From Cenococcum geophilum (Eukaryota): a stretch of 64,000 nt of DNA. The position numbers and the translations under genes are program-made. The notes below the pieces were generated by a model. It did not search any database, had not been told where the DNA came from, and saw only the letters and a program-made list of their open reading frames with translations. Positions within the stretch are counted from its first letter, which is position 1, and every line of letters starts with the position of its first letter. The stretch covers positions 25,544,001 to 25,608,000 of the forward strand of contig CP158635.1 of assembly GCA_050273025.1 (NCBI GenBank), written 5' to 3'. Shown one piece after another: positions 12,801 through 25,348 of the stretch.

Positions 12801-15631
12801 CTAAAGAGTAAACTAAGTACACTAAAATTAAGCAGCTAATAGTTAGGAAAAATAGAGGCCTATAGAACCAGAGGGAGCTAGTAGTAGAGCCTTAGACCCT
12901 TAAAGGAATTTAAGGATAACACCTAAATTTACAAATTAAGTAGTAAGATTAGTAGTTTAAAGCGCTAATAGATAGTAGAGTAACGCGAAACTATATCTCA
13001 CTAGTAGTAGTTAAGAGAATAGGACTACCTTATAGACAAAAGAAGTAACCTTACCTATTAGTTACGATTTTAGGAGATCTAATAACCTATAAAGGAGGGA
13101 TCATTAATCTTAAAATAGGACCTATTTAGATAACTATTAAAGGAAGATAAATTAAGATGTCTTTTAATATTCTACTATTAGGATGGGATAAGGCAGTACT
13201 AAATATACCTTAGTTACAGGAATATAATCTAAGGATTAATTAAATTACAGGTTAGGTTAATATAAGAGATACTTAATACTATAAAATGCGATAATAAACT
13301 AAAATAGTATAGTACTAAGTAAAAGCAACCTATAAAGAAATAAAAAAAAGACTAAGTTATATACTAAAGAGATACTATAAGTATAATAAAAAACTATAGT
13401 TACCGGAAAGTAAAAAGCTATTAGAATATATAGTATAGGACTATAAGATAGAGTTAGAACTAGGAATAAGTCTAAAGTTCTTTCTAATCTATAAGCTTAC
13501 TAAAGAAAAAGGTAGAGCGTTAAAAGAGTTTATCTAGAAGAACCTATAAAAGGGATATATTAGACTATCGCAGTTATTAGCAGGTTATCCAGTACTATTT
13601 ATACTAAAGAAAAATAGTAAACTAAGGCTATATATTAACTATAGGCAGTTAAATAGTATTACTAAAAAGGATAGGTATCCTTTACCCTTAATTAGCGAAA
13701 TCTAAGATAGAATAGGTAATGCGTAAATCTTTATAAAGATAGATCTAAAATAGGCGTACTATTAAATTAGGATTAAGAAAGGCAATAAATAGAAGGCAGC
13801 CTTTAGGTTAAAGGAAGGACTATATAAACTATTAGTTATGCAATTCGGGCTTATAAACGCACTAATAACGTTCTAGAAGCGTATTAATAATATATTAGGA
13901 GAATACTTAGATGAATTTGTTATAGTATATCTTAACAATATTATTATCTACTTAATAACTAAGGAAGAATACGGGGAATATGTTAAATAGGTTTTAAAGA
14001 GACTATAAGAGGAATAGATGCTAGTAGTAATTAAGAAATACGAGTTCTTTACTAGAAAGACCAATTTTATTAGATTTATTATTAAACTAGGCCAACTTAG
14101 TATAGATCTAAAAAAGATTAAGGCTATAGTAAATTAGTAGGAACTAGAGAACGTTATATAGTTAAGATTATTCCTAGGGTTTTACAATTACTATAGAAGG
14201 TTTATAGCGCAGTAGTTAAAGAATATTAAGCTATTTACGCAATTAATAAAGAAAGAAGAACTATAGGCATAGGGAGAGAAGTAAAAGGAACTCTTTAAGA
14301 AAGTTAAAGAGTTATTTACCCAGGAGCCAGTTTTTAAGATCTATTAACTAGGATTAGAGACGGTTATAAAAATAGATATATTAGACTATATACTAAGGGT
14401 GTGCTTTATATAAAGGTATTAAGATAGATAGCACCTAGTAGCATACTATAGTTGGAAGATAACACTATTAGAGTTAAACTATAACATCTATAATAAGGAG
14501 TTATTAGGTATAGTTATAGTATTAAAGAAATAAAGAGTATTCTTATAAGGTATAGAAAAACTATTTATAGTTAAAATAGATTATAAGAACCTAATAGGAT
14601 TCCTAATAATAAAGGAACTTAACTAAAAATAGGTTAGATGGGTAGAGATACTTATAGAATACCATTTTAAGATTTAGTATATTAAAGGTACAGATAATAC
14701 GCGGGTAGATACTCTAAGCTGTAAAGCTAAACTATAAAATAAGGAAAAGCCATTAGGGGCTTTATTGCGAAAAAATATAGACGGATTAATTAGGTATAAT
14801 TATCTAAAAATTATAGTAACTTAGGAAAATAATAAACTAAAGAAAGTCTATGAGATACCGGAAAGCTTTTAAGTATAAAGAATTCTAAAAGCATAGCTAG
14901 AAGATCTACAGGCGAATATATACAAAAATTAGAAAGTAAAGTATATCCTAAAAGGTATAGCAGAATAGTTTATAGAAGACTTCTATAAGAGACTAACTTA
15001 AGGACACAATAGAGCTACAGGCTTAGTATTAAGACTTTAGGAGGAGTATATTATTAATAGAATCTAAAGGATAGCTAAAAAAGTTATAAGGGAATATCTA
15101 GATTACTAAAGAAATAAACTAATAAGGCATAGGCTATATAGAGGGCTACAACCTATTAAAATACCAGAGAAACTATAGGAGGTTATATTATAGGACTTTA
15201 TTATTAAGTTACTAAAATTAAAAGATCCTATTACCGGATAAAATTATAATGCGATCTTAGTAATAATAGATAAGCTTATAAAGTAGGGATACTTTATAGC
15301 GTGTATAGAAGAAATCTTAGCAGAAGATATTACTAAAATCTATATTAAAGAAGTATTTATAAGATATAGAGCATTAAACAAGATTATATTAGATAGAGAT
15401 TTAAGATTTATAGCAGCATTCTAGGAAGTATTCTTAGCGGAGTAAGGAGTTTAAGTAGCAACTTTTACTACATATTACCTATAGACAAATAGCCAAACGG
15501 AAAGATTAAATTAGACACTAGAGCAGTATCTAAGGCATTATGTCAATTATGCACAGAATAATTAGGTATTACTATTACTAGTTATATAATTTATATATAA
15601 TATAATACCTTAAGAAGGAATAGGCATATTA

Positions 15632-16057
15632 TATAACGGAACCTTATAGCAAGAACTACGATAGGCTCGTTATTAGGCTAGGTGTATAGGAAATACAAGT
15701 ACAAAAGTCAACAACGTAATAATAACTGGTGGAGTGGTTGCCTAATAGATTAACTCTAATTATATTCTAAGAATTACTATAAGGAAGGAACTATCTAGGT
15801 AGGGACTAAGGGTCTTTAAATATATAGCCGTACTCCTATAAAATCCTCCTTGTATATAATATACATCTTATCTATATTAAACGTAGCGTTCCTTATATTT
15901 AACGCAGTTAATATATTTAACTATTATATAACTTGCTTACCATTCTTTATTATATAGTTCTACGGGTTCCATCCTAGACCGTACCTAAATTAACCAACTA
16001 GCTTCTTCTAACTCTTCTCTAAGTAGTTATAATATTATACTTAAAGCGTCCATAACA
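15632..16057 (-). repeat. 3' LTR of B2 (426 bp)
   Basis: Direct repeat of 23131-23556; adjacent PPT. Confidence 0.93.
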
Positions 16058-16165
16058 CCATCTCCCTCCTCTTTATCTTTGTCCTTAAAGATACTTAGTA
16101 TCTCTAGGTCATTTACTAGAGGTATAATATCTATCTAATTAATTTAGTTAATATTATTACTTATT

Positions 16166-16820
16166 ATACCTAAAGCAATTTCTTCTCTATCTTAGGTTAA
16201 GCGTTACCTCCGTACTGTTTCCTTAATACTATTATTAGGTAAAGTAATAGCAATTCCTTACTCTTATTATGCGAAAGAGGGGTTAAGTTATGTTATAATT
16301 GCGAGTCCTTTTAGTCGCCAACCCTCTTCTTGTTCTAAATGCACTTGCGCCAATATACGTTTATCCTATAATATTTATTCTATATTTAATGCTAAATATA
16401 CGTAACCTATTACTCTTAATAGTTGTCTAGTTCCCTAATTAATTTGTCTTAGGGTCTTATATTTAATCTATTACTGCAAAGCTTAATAATAAGCTAGCCT
16501 CTACGCTGCTTAAGGTTTAGCGTGCCTTAAAAAAGTCCGCACGTGTCCTTAAAGCTTAATGTTTAGCTTATACTTATCTTTAGCGTCTAGAATGTGTTTA
16601 TAAGAAGGTTTATTTAAAGGAGTAAAAGCTTATTTAATAAGGTCTTTAGGAACTAGGTAATAAAAGAACGGATTCTCCTCTAATAGAGAAGGAAATAGAT
16701 CTAAGTAGTTCGGCAACTGCTCTTCTTAGATCCCCCTTAGGTAACTTATTTTTTAGCAATCCTTCTTTATTAATACTGCCTAACCTAATCTCTTCTAATA
16801 CTCCTATACCTTTCCTATAG
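16166..16820 (+). pseudogene. Antisense accessory gene of B2: Zn(II)2Cys6-like + coiled-coil protein, one 55-nt intron (16398-16452), RIP-inactivated; 3' end approximate
   Basis: De-RIP reading PCSRCAKEGLSCVMIASPFSRQPSSCSECTRANMRSSC = C-x2-C-x6-C-x13-C-x2-C-x8-C; C4 and C5 codons intact, the others TAY; splicing restores the frame. Confidence 0.7.
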
Positions 16821-19800
16821 TGTTCTTTAGATTCTCTAGTAGCTTTTAGGTAGTCTTAGTATAGCCTATCTACTTAACCTTATACTATATTTCGTTGTTA
16901 GTGTCTTTATAATTAATAATCCTTAAAACTTACTATTTATCTTCCTCCTATCCTCTATACGTATCTACTTTATAGACTAGTAGCTTAACATTCCTATATG
17001 CTAGCTCTAGCATTACAATATGCTATATAGGGTAGATCTTTATTTTAGCTAATAGGTTTAACTTAAACGTAACTAGTGAAATCCTCTGTATAATTTTAAA
17101 AGGTCCTAGTCTAACGTAGTCCAATTTCTTACTTAGTCGTTAACTCTTAAAATTTTTGTATAGTAGCTATACTTTATCTCCCTCCTTAAGATCTAGTCCC
17201 TTAGATTTCTTAGCATTATAGTACCTTTTTATTCTTTCTTATACTTTCTTTACTAATTCTATAAGGTCTATATAAAGATTTATTAAATCCTTTATTCTCT
17301 TTTTAGCTGTACTACTTGTTTTCTTTACTTATTGTAGTAATAATAATATTCTTAGCTTATATCCGTAATTTGCCTTAAATGGTAATATACCTATCCCTTC
17401 TTAAGGTGTTATATTGTATATAAACTATATAACTAGTAATAGTAATACCTAATTATTCTATATATAATTAATATAATGCCTTAGATACTGCTCTAGCGTC
17501 TAATTTAATCTTTCCGTTTACCTATCTGTCTATAAATAATATATGGTAAAAGTTACTACTTAAACTCCTTACTCCGCTAAGAATACTTCCTAAAATACTG
17601 CTATAAATCTTAGATCTCTATCTGATATAATTTTACTTAGTACTCTATATCTTATAAACACTTCTTTAATATAGATTCTAGCGATATCTTCCGCTGAGAT
17701 TTCTTCTATATATACTATAAAGTATCCCCACTTTGTAAGCTTATCTACTATTACTAAAATTGCGTTATAATCTTATCCGGTAATAGGATCCTTAGATCTT
17801 GGTAACTTAATAATAAAGTCCCATAATATAACCTCTTATAGTCTCTCTAGTATTTTAATAGGTTATAGCCCTCTATATAGCTTATACCTCGTTAGTTTAT
17901 TCCTTTAATAATCTAAATATTCCTTTATAACTTTTTTAGCTATCCTCTAAATTCTGTTAATAATATACTTTTCCTAAAGTCTTAACACTAAGCTTATAGC
18001 TCCATTATGTCCTTAAGTTAGTCCCTTATAGAAGTCTTCTATAAACTATTTTGCTATACTTTTTAGGATATACTTTACTTCCCAATTTTTATATATATCC
18101 GTTTATAGATCTTCTAGCTATACTTCTAAAATTCTTTATACCTAAAAGCTTTCCGGTATCTTATAGACTTTCTCTAGTTTATTATCTTTTTAAGTTACTA
18201 TAATTTTTAGATAATTATACCTAATTAATCTGTCTATATCTTTTTATAATAAAGCCCCTAATAGCTTTTCCTTATTTTATAGTTTAGCTTTACGGCTTAG
18301 AGTATCTACCCGCATATTATCTATACCTCTAGTATACTAAATTTTAAAATAGTATTCCGTAAGTATCTCTACCTATTTAACCTATCTTTAGTTAAGTTCC
18401 TTTATTATTAGGAATCCTATTAGGTTTTTATAATCTATTTTAACTATAAATAGTTTCTCTATACCTTGTAAAAATACTCTTTATTTCTTTAATACTATAA
18501 CTATACCTAATAACTCCTTATTATAGATATTATAGTTTAACTCTAGTGGTGTTATCTTCTAACTATAGTATGCTACTAGGTGCCATCTATCTTAATACCT
18601 TTATATAAAGTATACCCCTAGTATATAGTCTAATATATTTATCTTTATAACCGTCTCTAGTCCTAGTTAATAGATCTTAAGAACTAACTTCTAGGTAAAT
18701 AACTCTTTAACTTTCTTAAAAAGTTCTTTTTACTCCTTTCCCTATAGCTATAGTTCTTCTTTCTTTATTAACTATATAAATAGCTTAATATCCTTTAACT
18801 ACTGCGCTATAAACCTTCTATAGTAATTATAAAACCTTAAGAATAATCTTAACTATATAACGTTCTCTAGTTCCTATTAATTTACTATAGCCTTAATTTT
18901 TTTTAGATCTATACTAAGTTAGCTTAGTTTAATAATAAATCTAATAAAATCGGTCTTTTTAGTAAAGAACTCGCATTTTTAATTACTACTAGCATCTATT
19001 CCTTTTATAGTCTCCTTAAAACCTATTTAATATATTCCTTATATTCTTCCTCTATTATTAAGTAGATAATAATGTCATTAAGATATACTATAACAAATTC
19101 ATCTAAGTATTCTTTTAATATATTATTAATACGCTTTTAAAACGTTGCTAGTGCGTTTATAAGCCTAAATTATATAACTAATAGTTTATATAGTCCTTCC
19201 TTTAACCTAAAGGCTGCCTTCTATTTATCGCCTTCCTTAATCCTAATCTAATAGTACGCCTATCTTAGATTTATCTTTATAAAGATTTACGCATTGCCTA
19301 TTCTATCTTAAATTTCGCTAATTAAGAGTAAAGGATACCTATCCTTTCTGGTAATACTATTTAACTGTCTATAGTTAATATATAGCCTTAGTTTACTATT
19401 TTTCTTTAGTATAAATAGTACTAGATAACCTACTAATAACTATAATAGTCTAATATATCCCTTTCGTAGATTCTCCTAAATAAACTCTTTTAACACTCTA
19501 CTTTTTTCTTTAGTAAGCTTATAAATTAGAAAAAACTTTAAACTTATTTCTAGTTCTAACTCTATTTTATAGTCCTATACTGCATATTCTAATAGCTTTT
19601 TACTTTCCGGTAACTATAGTTTTTTACTATACTTATAGTATCTCTTTAGTATATAACTTAGTCCTTTTTCTATTTCTTTATAGGTTGCTCCTACTTAGTA
19701 CTATACTAACTTAGCTTATTATCACATTTTACAACGTTAAGTATCTTTTATATTAACCTAACTTATAATCTAATCAATCCTTAAATTATATTCCTATAAC

Positions 19801-22800
19801 CAAGGTATGCCTAATACTGCCTTATCCCGTCCTAATAGTAGGATATTAAAAAACATCTTAATTTATCTCCCTTTAATAGTTATCTAAATAGGTCCTGTTT
19901 TAAGATTAATAATCCCTCCTCTATAGGTTATTAGATCTCCTAAAATTATAACTAATAGGTAAGATTGCTCTTTTTGTTTATAAGGTAGTCCCATTCTTTT
20001 AACTACTGCTAGTAAGATATAGTTTTGTATTACTCTACTATCTATTAGCGCTTCAAACTATTAATCTTACTACTTAATCTATAAATTTAGGTATTATCCT
20101 TAAATTCCTTTAAGGGTTTAAGGCTTTACTACTAGCTTTCTCTAATCCTATAGGCCTCTACTTTTCCTAACTACTAGCTGCTTAATCCTAGTGCACTTAG
20201 CTTACTCTTTAGCCAATACCTAATTCGCTTTTTATCTTTAATATACTATAGATACGTATTTTCTAGGTATTTCTACTACTATCGTCCGTCTAAGTATTCT
20301 TTTATAAGGAATCTTCCTAGTTAAAGTACTAAACTTCCTTCCTTTTAGACCTCTGCTGGATACCATCCATATATATATTTAGCATTCTTATACTATTACT
20401 TGTCTGTTATCCAGTATATCCTTATAGGGTATTTCCAATTCTTTTCCTTCGGATTCTTATATATGTCGTATATATCGTCCACGCACGCAATCCATAATAA
20501 CGTATAGTGTGCTAGGTGCTTTAGGTTAACTCTTAGCTTATCTTTATCCCTAAGTTTAAACCTTTATTATACTAATCTAAACGTTGCGACTTTATTCGCA
20601 GGTACTAAGATACATCTTTTACTTCTCTAGTCCTCTAAACATTCCTCTAGATCCTTTAACATTATAATTAAGGCTCCTTTAATATGCGTTATAGCCTTTT
20701 CTATAATTAGGTGGTCTTAAATAACTTTTTTATCTAACTATATATAGAAATCTTCTTACTTATTATTATACCTCTGCCTATACTACTTTTGGTATAGCTA
20801 CTAGAGTATATATAGCTTATCCATAAGGAAGTATCTTCTTATTACTATATTGTAATAGCCCTTTATATATTGTTCTTCAAACCTAGTTAAAATCCCTAAA
20901 TCCTCTTTATTTTCTAGTTTAGTAAGCTATTTAGCTCTTAATATGCCTACTCTCGGCCTATTAGTAATTCTTTATACTAGTACTCTGTCCTTTATACGTC
21001 CTAATATACTAGATCTCTTATCTAGTTTCTATTCTTACTATACAATAATTCTTTACCTAAACTCTTCTATAGTTTCTTTTAATTTATGCCTTACGCTCTA
21101 ATCCTTAAAGTTATTTTACTTCTTAATCCTAGTATTAAACTTTTAATCTTTAGGCTAAACACTACGTTCCCCTAGTAAGTCTTCTAAGTCTATATATCTA
21201 TCTCCTAGTCTAACTACTGTTTATATTACAGATTCTCTAATCTATAAAGAAGCTCCTTACCTCTTACCTATAGGTGTCCTTATTTATACTCTAAAATCTT
21301 AGTCCCTTAGATTCTTTAATCCTAAGCTTGCTTCTAACTTAAGCTTAGCTCCCACCTTAGTCTAACTAGGCGTCTATAGTGTTCTCATCTCGTCTTAAGA
21401 GTCTTAAATCTTATTTATCTCGTCTTAAGAATCTTATGCTTATAGGAAACTCTATCCCGAGCTTATTTATATATTTCTAAACTAAGCTACTACCCTACTC
21501 CATTAGTTTTCGTCTATTATAGGTCCTTAGGTATACCTTATCTCTTCTTAAAAATCTTAGTTATTTGGCCTTTTGCCTTTATTAAGTGCCGAAGTAGTTT
21601 ACTATCCTACTTCTTTTATATCTTGTAAAGCGATAGACATTATATCTAGTGGGGTTTCGATCCCTACTAATATTCCCTATTCTATAGTAGAATTATCCTC
21701 TACCTCTAGTATAATATTTCCGAGGTCTACTTACTCCTAATAAGCGGCCCTTATTGCCTTATTGTTACGGAATATTTTACCTATATTAAATTTATCGTCC
21801 TTAATATCCGATCTATGAACTGGTTCGTTAGTTCCTCTATATCCTATAGGTGCTAGCTCTTATAGCTAATAGCTTACGCTATACTTAGCGTCCTTATAAA
21901 TTTAGTATGCGTTATTATAACAAAACGTAAAACTTCTAATTAAACATTCTTTTGTTCCTTGCAGTATATTATTATTCCTCTATACGTATATATCGTCTAC
22001 TAGTCTTATACCTTTTACTATATAATAACTCTACCCACTTCTACAGTCTCTAACATAATAACCCTATTTTCCGCAATTTATATAAGCTCCCTCTTTAAAC
22101 CATTTCTCTTGCTATAGAGTCCGCCTAAATATCTTCTACTATTAAGATCCCTAATTTAGCCTCTATTTCTTAGACCTTTAATTACTTAATCTTTATTCTC
22201 TAGGTTTCTATAGTTTACTCCCTCTCTTATAGGCTTCTTTGGTACTACTTAGGTTTATTAGCTCTACGCCATACCATATTTTCTAACTTAGCTTTAGTTA
22301 TTACGTGCTTTACGCCTTATATAACTATAGAACTCTATCTTAGCCTTTCTTAGCCTATTCCCTTTAGAAGATCCTATTATTAATCTTAATTACTTAATTT
22401 ATTAATTCCCTTAGAGTATCCACATCTTCTATTAGAATAATTACGTCCTAAACTTTAGCCTTAAGTCCTTATTTATACTATGCTATAAGCGCCCTATTAT
22501 TCTACTCTACTTATATTACTAGTGTCTAGAACTATATTATATACTTAATTGCTAAAGTTTATTATATAAGGTTTTAGAGTTTTCTTTTTACTATAGTTAT
22601 TTCTTCCAGGTCTCTAAATATCTGCGTAAGCCGTTCTATAAATTCTTTCTAACTTAAGAATATAAACCGTATATCCTAATTAGTGGTTATTATTCTATTT
22701 GCCTATATCTCTATAAGGTAAGATTTAAACCACTTAAGTACTTTTCCTAATAAGAATAGTCCTACGTAGGCTATCCAATCTATAGGTGTAGGTAACTTTA

Positions 22801-23130
22801 CTCCCTTCTATAAGACCTTAAAATACATCTACGTAAAAAATCCTTTAAGCTTTAACCTCTCTCCTATAAATCTCTTAATTAATAGTAGCTTAATCTTTGC
22901 TACTCCTATCCCATTAAGTCTTTCTTCCAACACTATATTATTAGCTATTAGCTAGTTAACTATCTCCTATAGCTATCCGACCGTCATAGGTTGCTATAAG
23001 TTAGTATCTACTATACTGGTATTACCTCCTATCCTTAAAGTAGTTGCTGCCGTCGATGGCGTTATAGTAGCTACTTTTAGTAGCATATTGCTTAACTTCT
23101 TATATTAATACTATAACTAGGTAGTAATTA

Positions 23131-23556
23131 TATAACGGAACCTTGTAGTAAGAACTACGATGGGCTTATTATTGGGCTAGGTATATAGGAAATATAAGTA
23201 TAAAAGTTAACAACGTAATAATAACTGGTGGAGTGGTTGCCTAATAGATTAACTCTAATTATATTCTAAGAATTACTACAAAGAAGGAACTATCTAGGTA
23301 GGGACTAAGGGTCCTTAAATACACAGCCGTACTCCTATAAAATCCTCCTTGTACGTAATATACGTCTTATCTATATTAAACGTAGCGTTCCTTACGTTTA
23401 ACACAGTCAACACGTTTAACTATTATGTGACTTACTTACCATTCTTTATTACATGGTTCTACGGGTTCTATCCTAGACTATGCCTAAATTAACTAACTAG
23501 CTTCTTCTGACTCTTCTCTAAGTAGTTATAATATTGTACTTAAAGCGTCCGTAACA
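23131..23556 (-). repeat. 5' LTR of B2 (426 bp)
   Basis: Direct repeat of 15632-16057; ends gtaaca followed by TSD tatta. Confidence 0.93.
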
Positions 23557-24123
23557 TATTACTATTTAAGGCAAATTACGGATATAAGCTAAGAATATCG
23601 TTGTCACTATAATAAGTAAAGAAAACGAGTAGTACAGCTAAAGAGAGAATAAAGGATTTAATAAATCTTTATATAGACCTTATAGAATTAGTAAAGAAAG
23701 TATAAGAAAGAATAAAAAAGTACTATAATACTAAGAGATCTAAGGGACTAGATCTTAAGAAGGGAGATAAAGTATGGCTACTATATAAAAATTTTAAAAG
23801 TTAATAACTAAGTAAGAAATTAGACTATATTAGACTAGGACCTTTTAAAATTATATAGAGGATTTCACTGGTTACGTTTAAGTTAAACCTACCAGCCAAA
23901 ATGAAGATCTACCCTATACAGCATATTATAATGCTAGAGCCAGTATATAGGAATATTAAGCCACCGGTTTATAAAGCAAACACATATAGAGGATAGGAAG
24001 AAGACGAATAGTAAGTTTTAAGGATTATTAATTATAAGGACATTAACAACAAAATATAGTACGAGGTTAAATAGATAGGCTATACTAAGACTACCTAGGA
24101 GCTACTAGAGAATCTAAAAAATG

Positions 24124-24796
24124 TTATAGGAAAGGTATAGGAGTATTAGAAGAGATTAGGTTAGGCAGTATTAATAAAAAAGGATCACTAAAGAATAAGT
24201 TACCTAAGGGGGACCCAAGAAGAGCAGTTGCCGAACTACTTAAATCTATTTCCTTTTCTATTAGAGGAGAATCCGTTTTTTTATTACCTAGTTTCTATAG
24301 ACCTTATTTTATAAGTTTCTACTCCTTAAAACGAACCTTCTTACGTACCTTCTTAAGACGGATTAGCTGAGCGGACGCCGCCAAACGAGACTTAAGAGCC
24401 CGTTGCTGAGCATCGGCAGCCTCCTGTTCAGCGTCCCAAGATCGGTATAATTTAGCAAGAGCAACAGACAGTTTATTATCTAGCCGCGTAGCAGCAGATT
24501 AAATATAAGACCCTAAGATAAATTAATTAGGGAACTAGATAACTATTAAGAGTAATAGGTCGCGTATATTTAGTATTAAAAGTAAAGCAAACGTCGCAAG
24601 ACGAATAAATATTCGCTTTAGTACACTCTAAGTAAGAAGATGGTTGTTATAAAGATGGGTTCGCCAACGTAATATAAACTAACCCCTCTTTTAAATAGCG
24701 AGAATATAGAGACGGTATAATCTCACTAAGAGACAATATTGCAGCAATAGTGCGAGCACGACGAGCAGTTAAGGAAGAAGAAATTGCTTTAGGTAT
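24124..24796 (-). pseudogene. Antisense accessory gene of B1: Zn(II)2Cys6-like + coiled-coil protein, intron 24567-24513, RIP-inactivated
   Basis: De-RIP reading PCSRCLKEGLVCITLANPSSRQPSSCSECTKANIRSSC; C5 and C6 codons intact; exon 2 readable as LSVALAKLYRSWDAEQEAADAQQRALKSRLAASAQLIRLKKVRKKVRFKE. Confidence 0.7.
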
Positions 24797-24904
24797 AATA
24801 AGCAATAATATTAACCAAATTAATTAGACGGATATTACACCTCTAGTAAACAACTTAGAGATATTTTAAATCTTTAAGGACGAAGATAAAGAGAAGGGAG
24901 ATAG

Positions 24905-25348
24905 TATTACGGACGCTTTAAGTACAATATTATAACTACTTAGAGAAGAGACGAAAGAAGCTAGTTAGTTAATTTAAGCACGGTCCAGAATAGAGCCGAT
25001 AGAACTATGTAATAAGGAATAGTAACTAAGGTTATATAATATAATCTATGTAATCTATATAATTTATGTAATCTATATAATTTATGTAATCTGTAATAAA
25101 GCAGATAGAGTACGCGTATATTATATACAAGAAGGATTTTATAGGAGTACGGTTATATATTTAAGGACCCTTAGTCCCTACCTAGATAGTTCCTTCCTTA
25201 TAGTAATTCTTAGAATATAATTAGAGTTAATCTATTAGGCAACCACTCCACCAGTTATTATTACGTTGTTAACTTTTATACTTGCATTTCCTATATACCT
25301 AGCCTAATAACGAGCCCATTATAGTTCTTGCTATAAGGTTCCGTTATA
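24905..25348 (+). repeat. 3' LTR of B1 (444 bp; six 9-nt tandem units at 25042-25095)
   Basis: Direct repeat of 9427-9852, preceded by the PPT and followed by TSD agtaa. Confidence 0.93.

Larger units (their letters stand above)
15632..23556 (-). mobile_element. Ty3/Gypsy chromovirus 'B2', same family as B1, uninterrupted, inverted, RIP-inactivated
   Basis: 426-bp LTRs 15632-16057 and 23131-23556; TSD TATTA (15627-15631 / 23557-23561); PPT ~16058-16077; gag ATG 23086; internal region is the reverse complement of B1. Confidence 0.95.
9427..25348 (+). mobile_element. Ty3/Gypsy chromovirus 'B1', RIP-inactivated, interrupted within integrase by B2
   Basis: LTRs 9427-9852 and 24905-25348; TSD AGTAA (9422-9426 / 25349-25353); gag ATG 9897; RT relic (YLDD ~13930), RNase H, integrase, chromodomain (~24000-24125), pol stop ~24191; PPT ~24885-24904. 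Confidence 0.95.

Noticed and set aside
25042..25095. Short repeat arrays as CRISPR
   Set aside because: Eukaryotic context, tandem units without spacers, no cas genes
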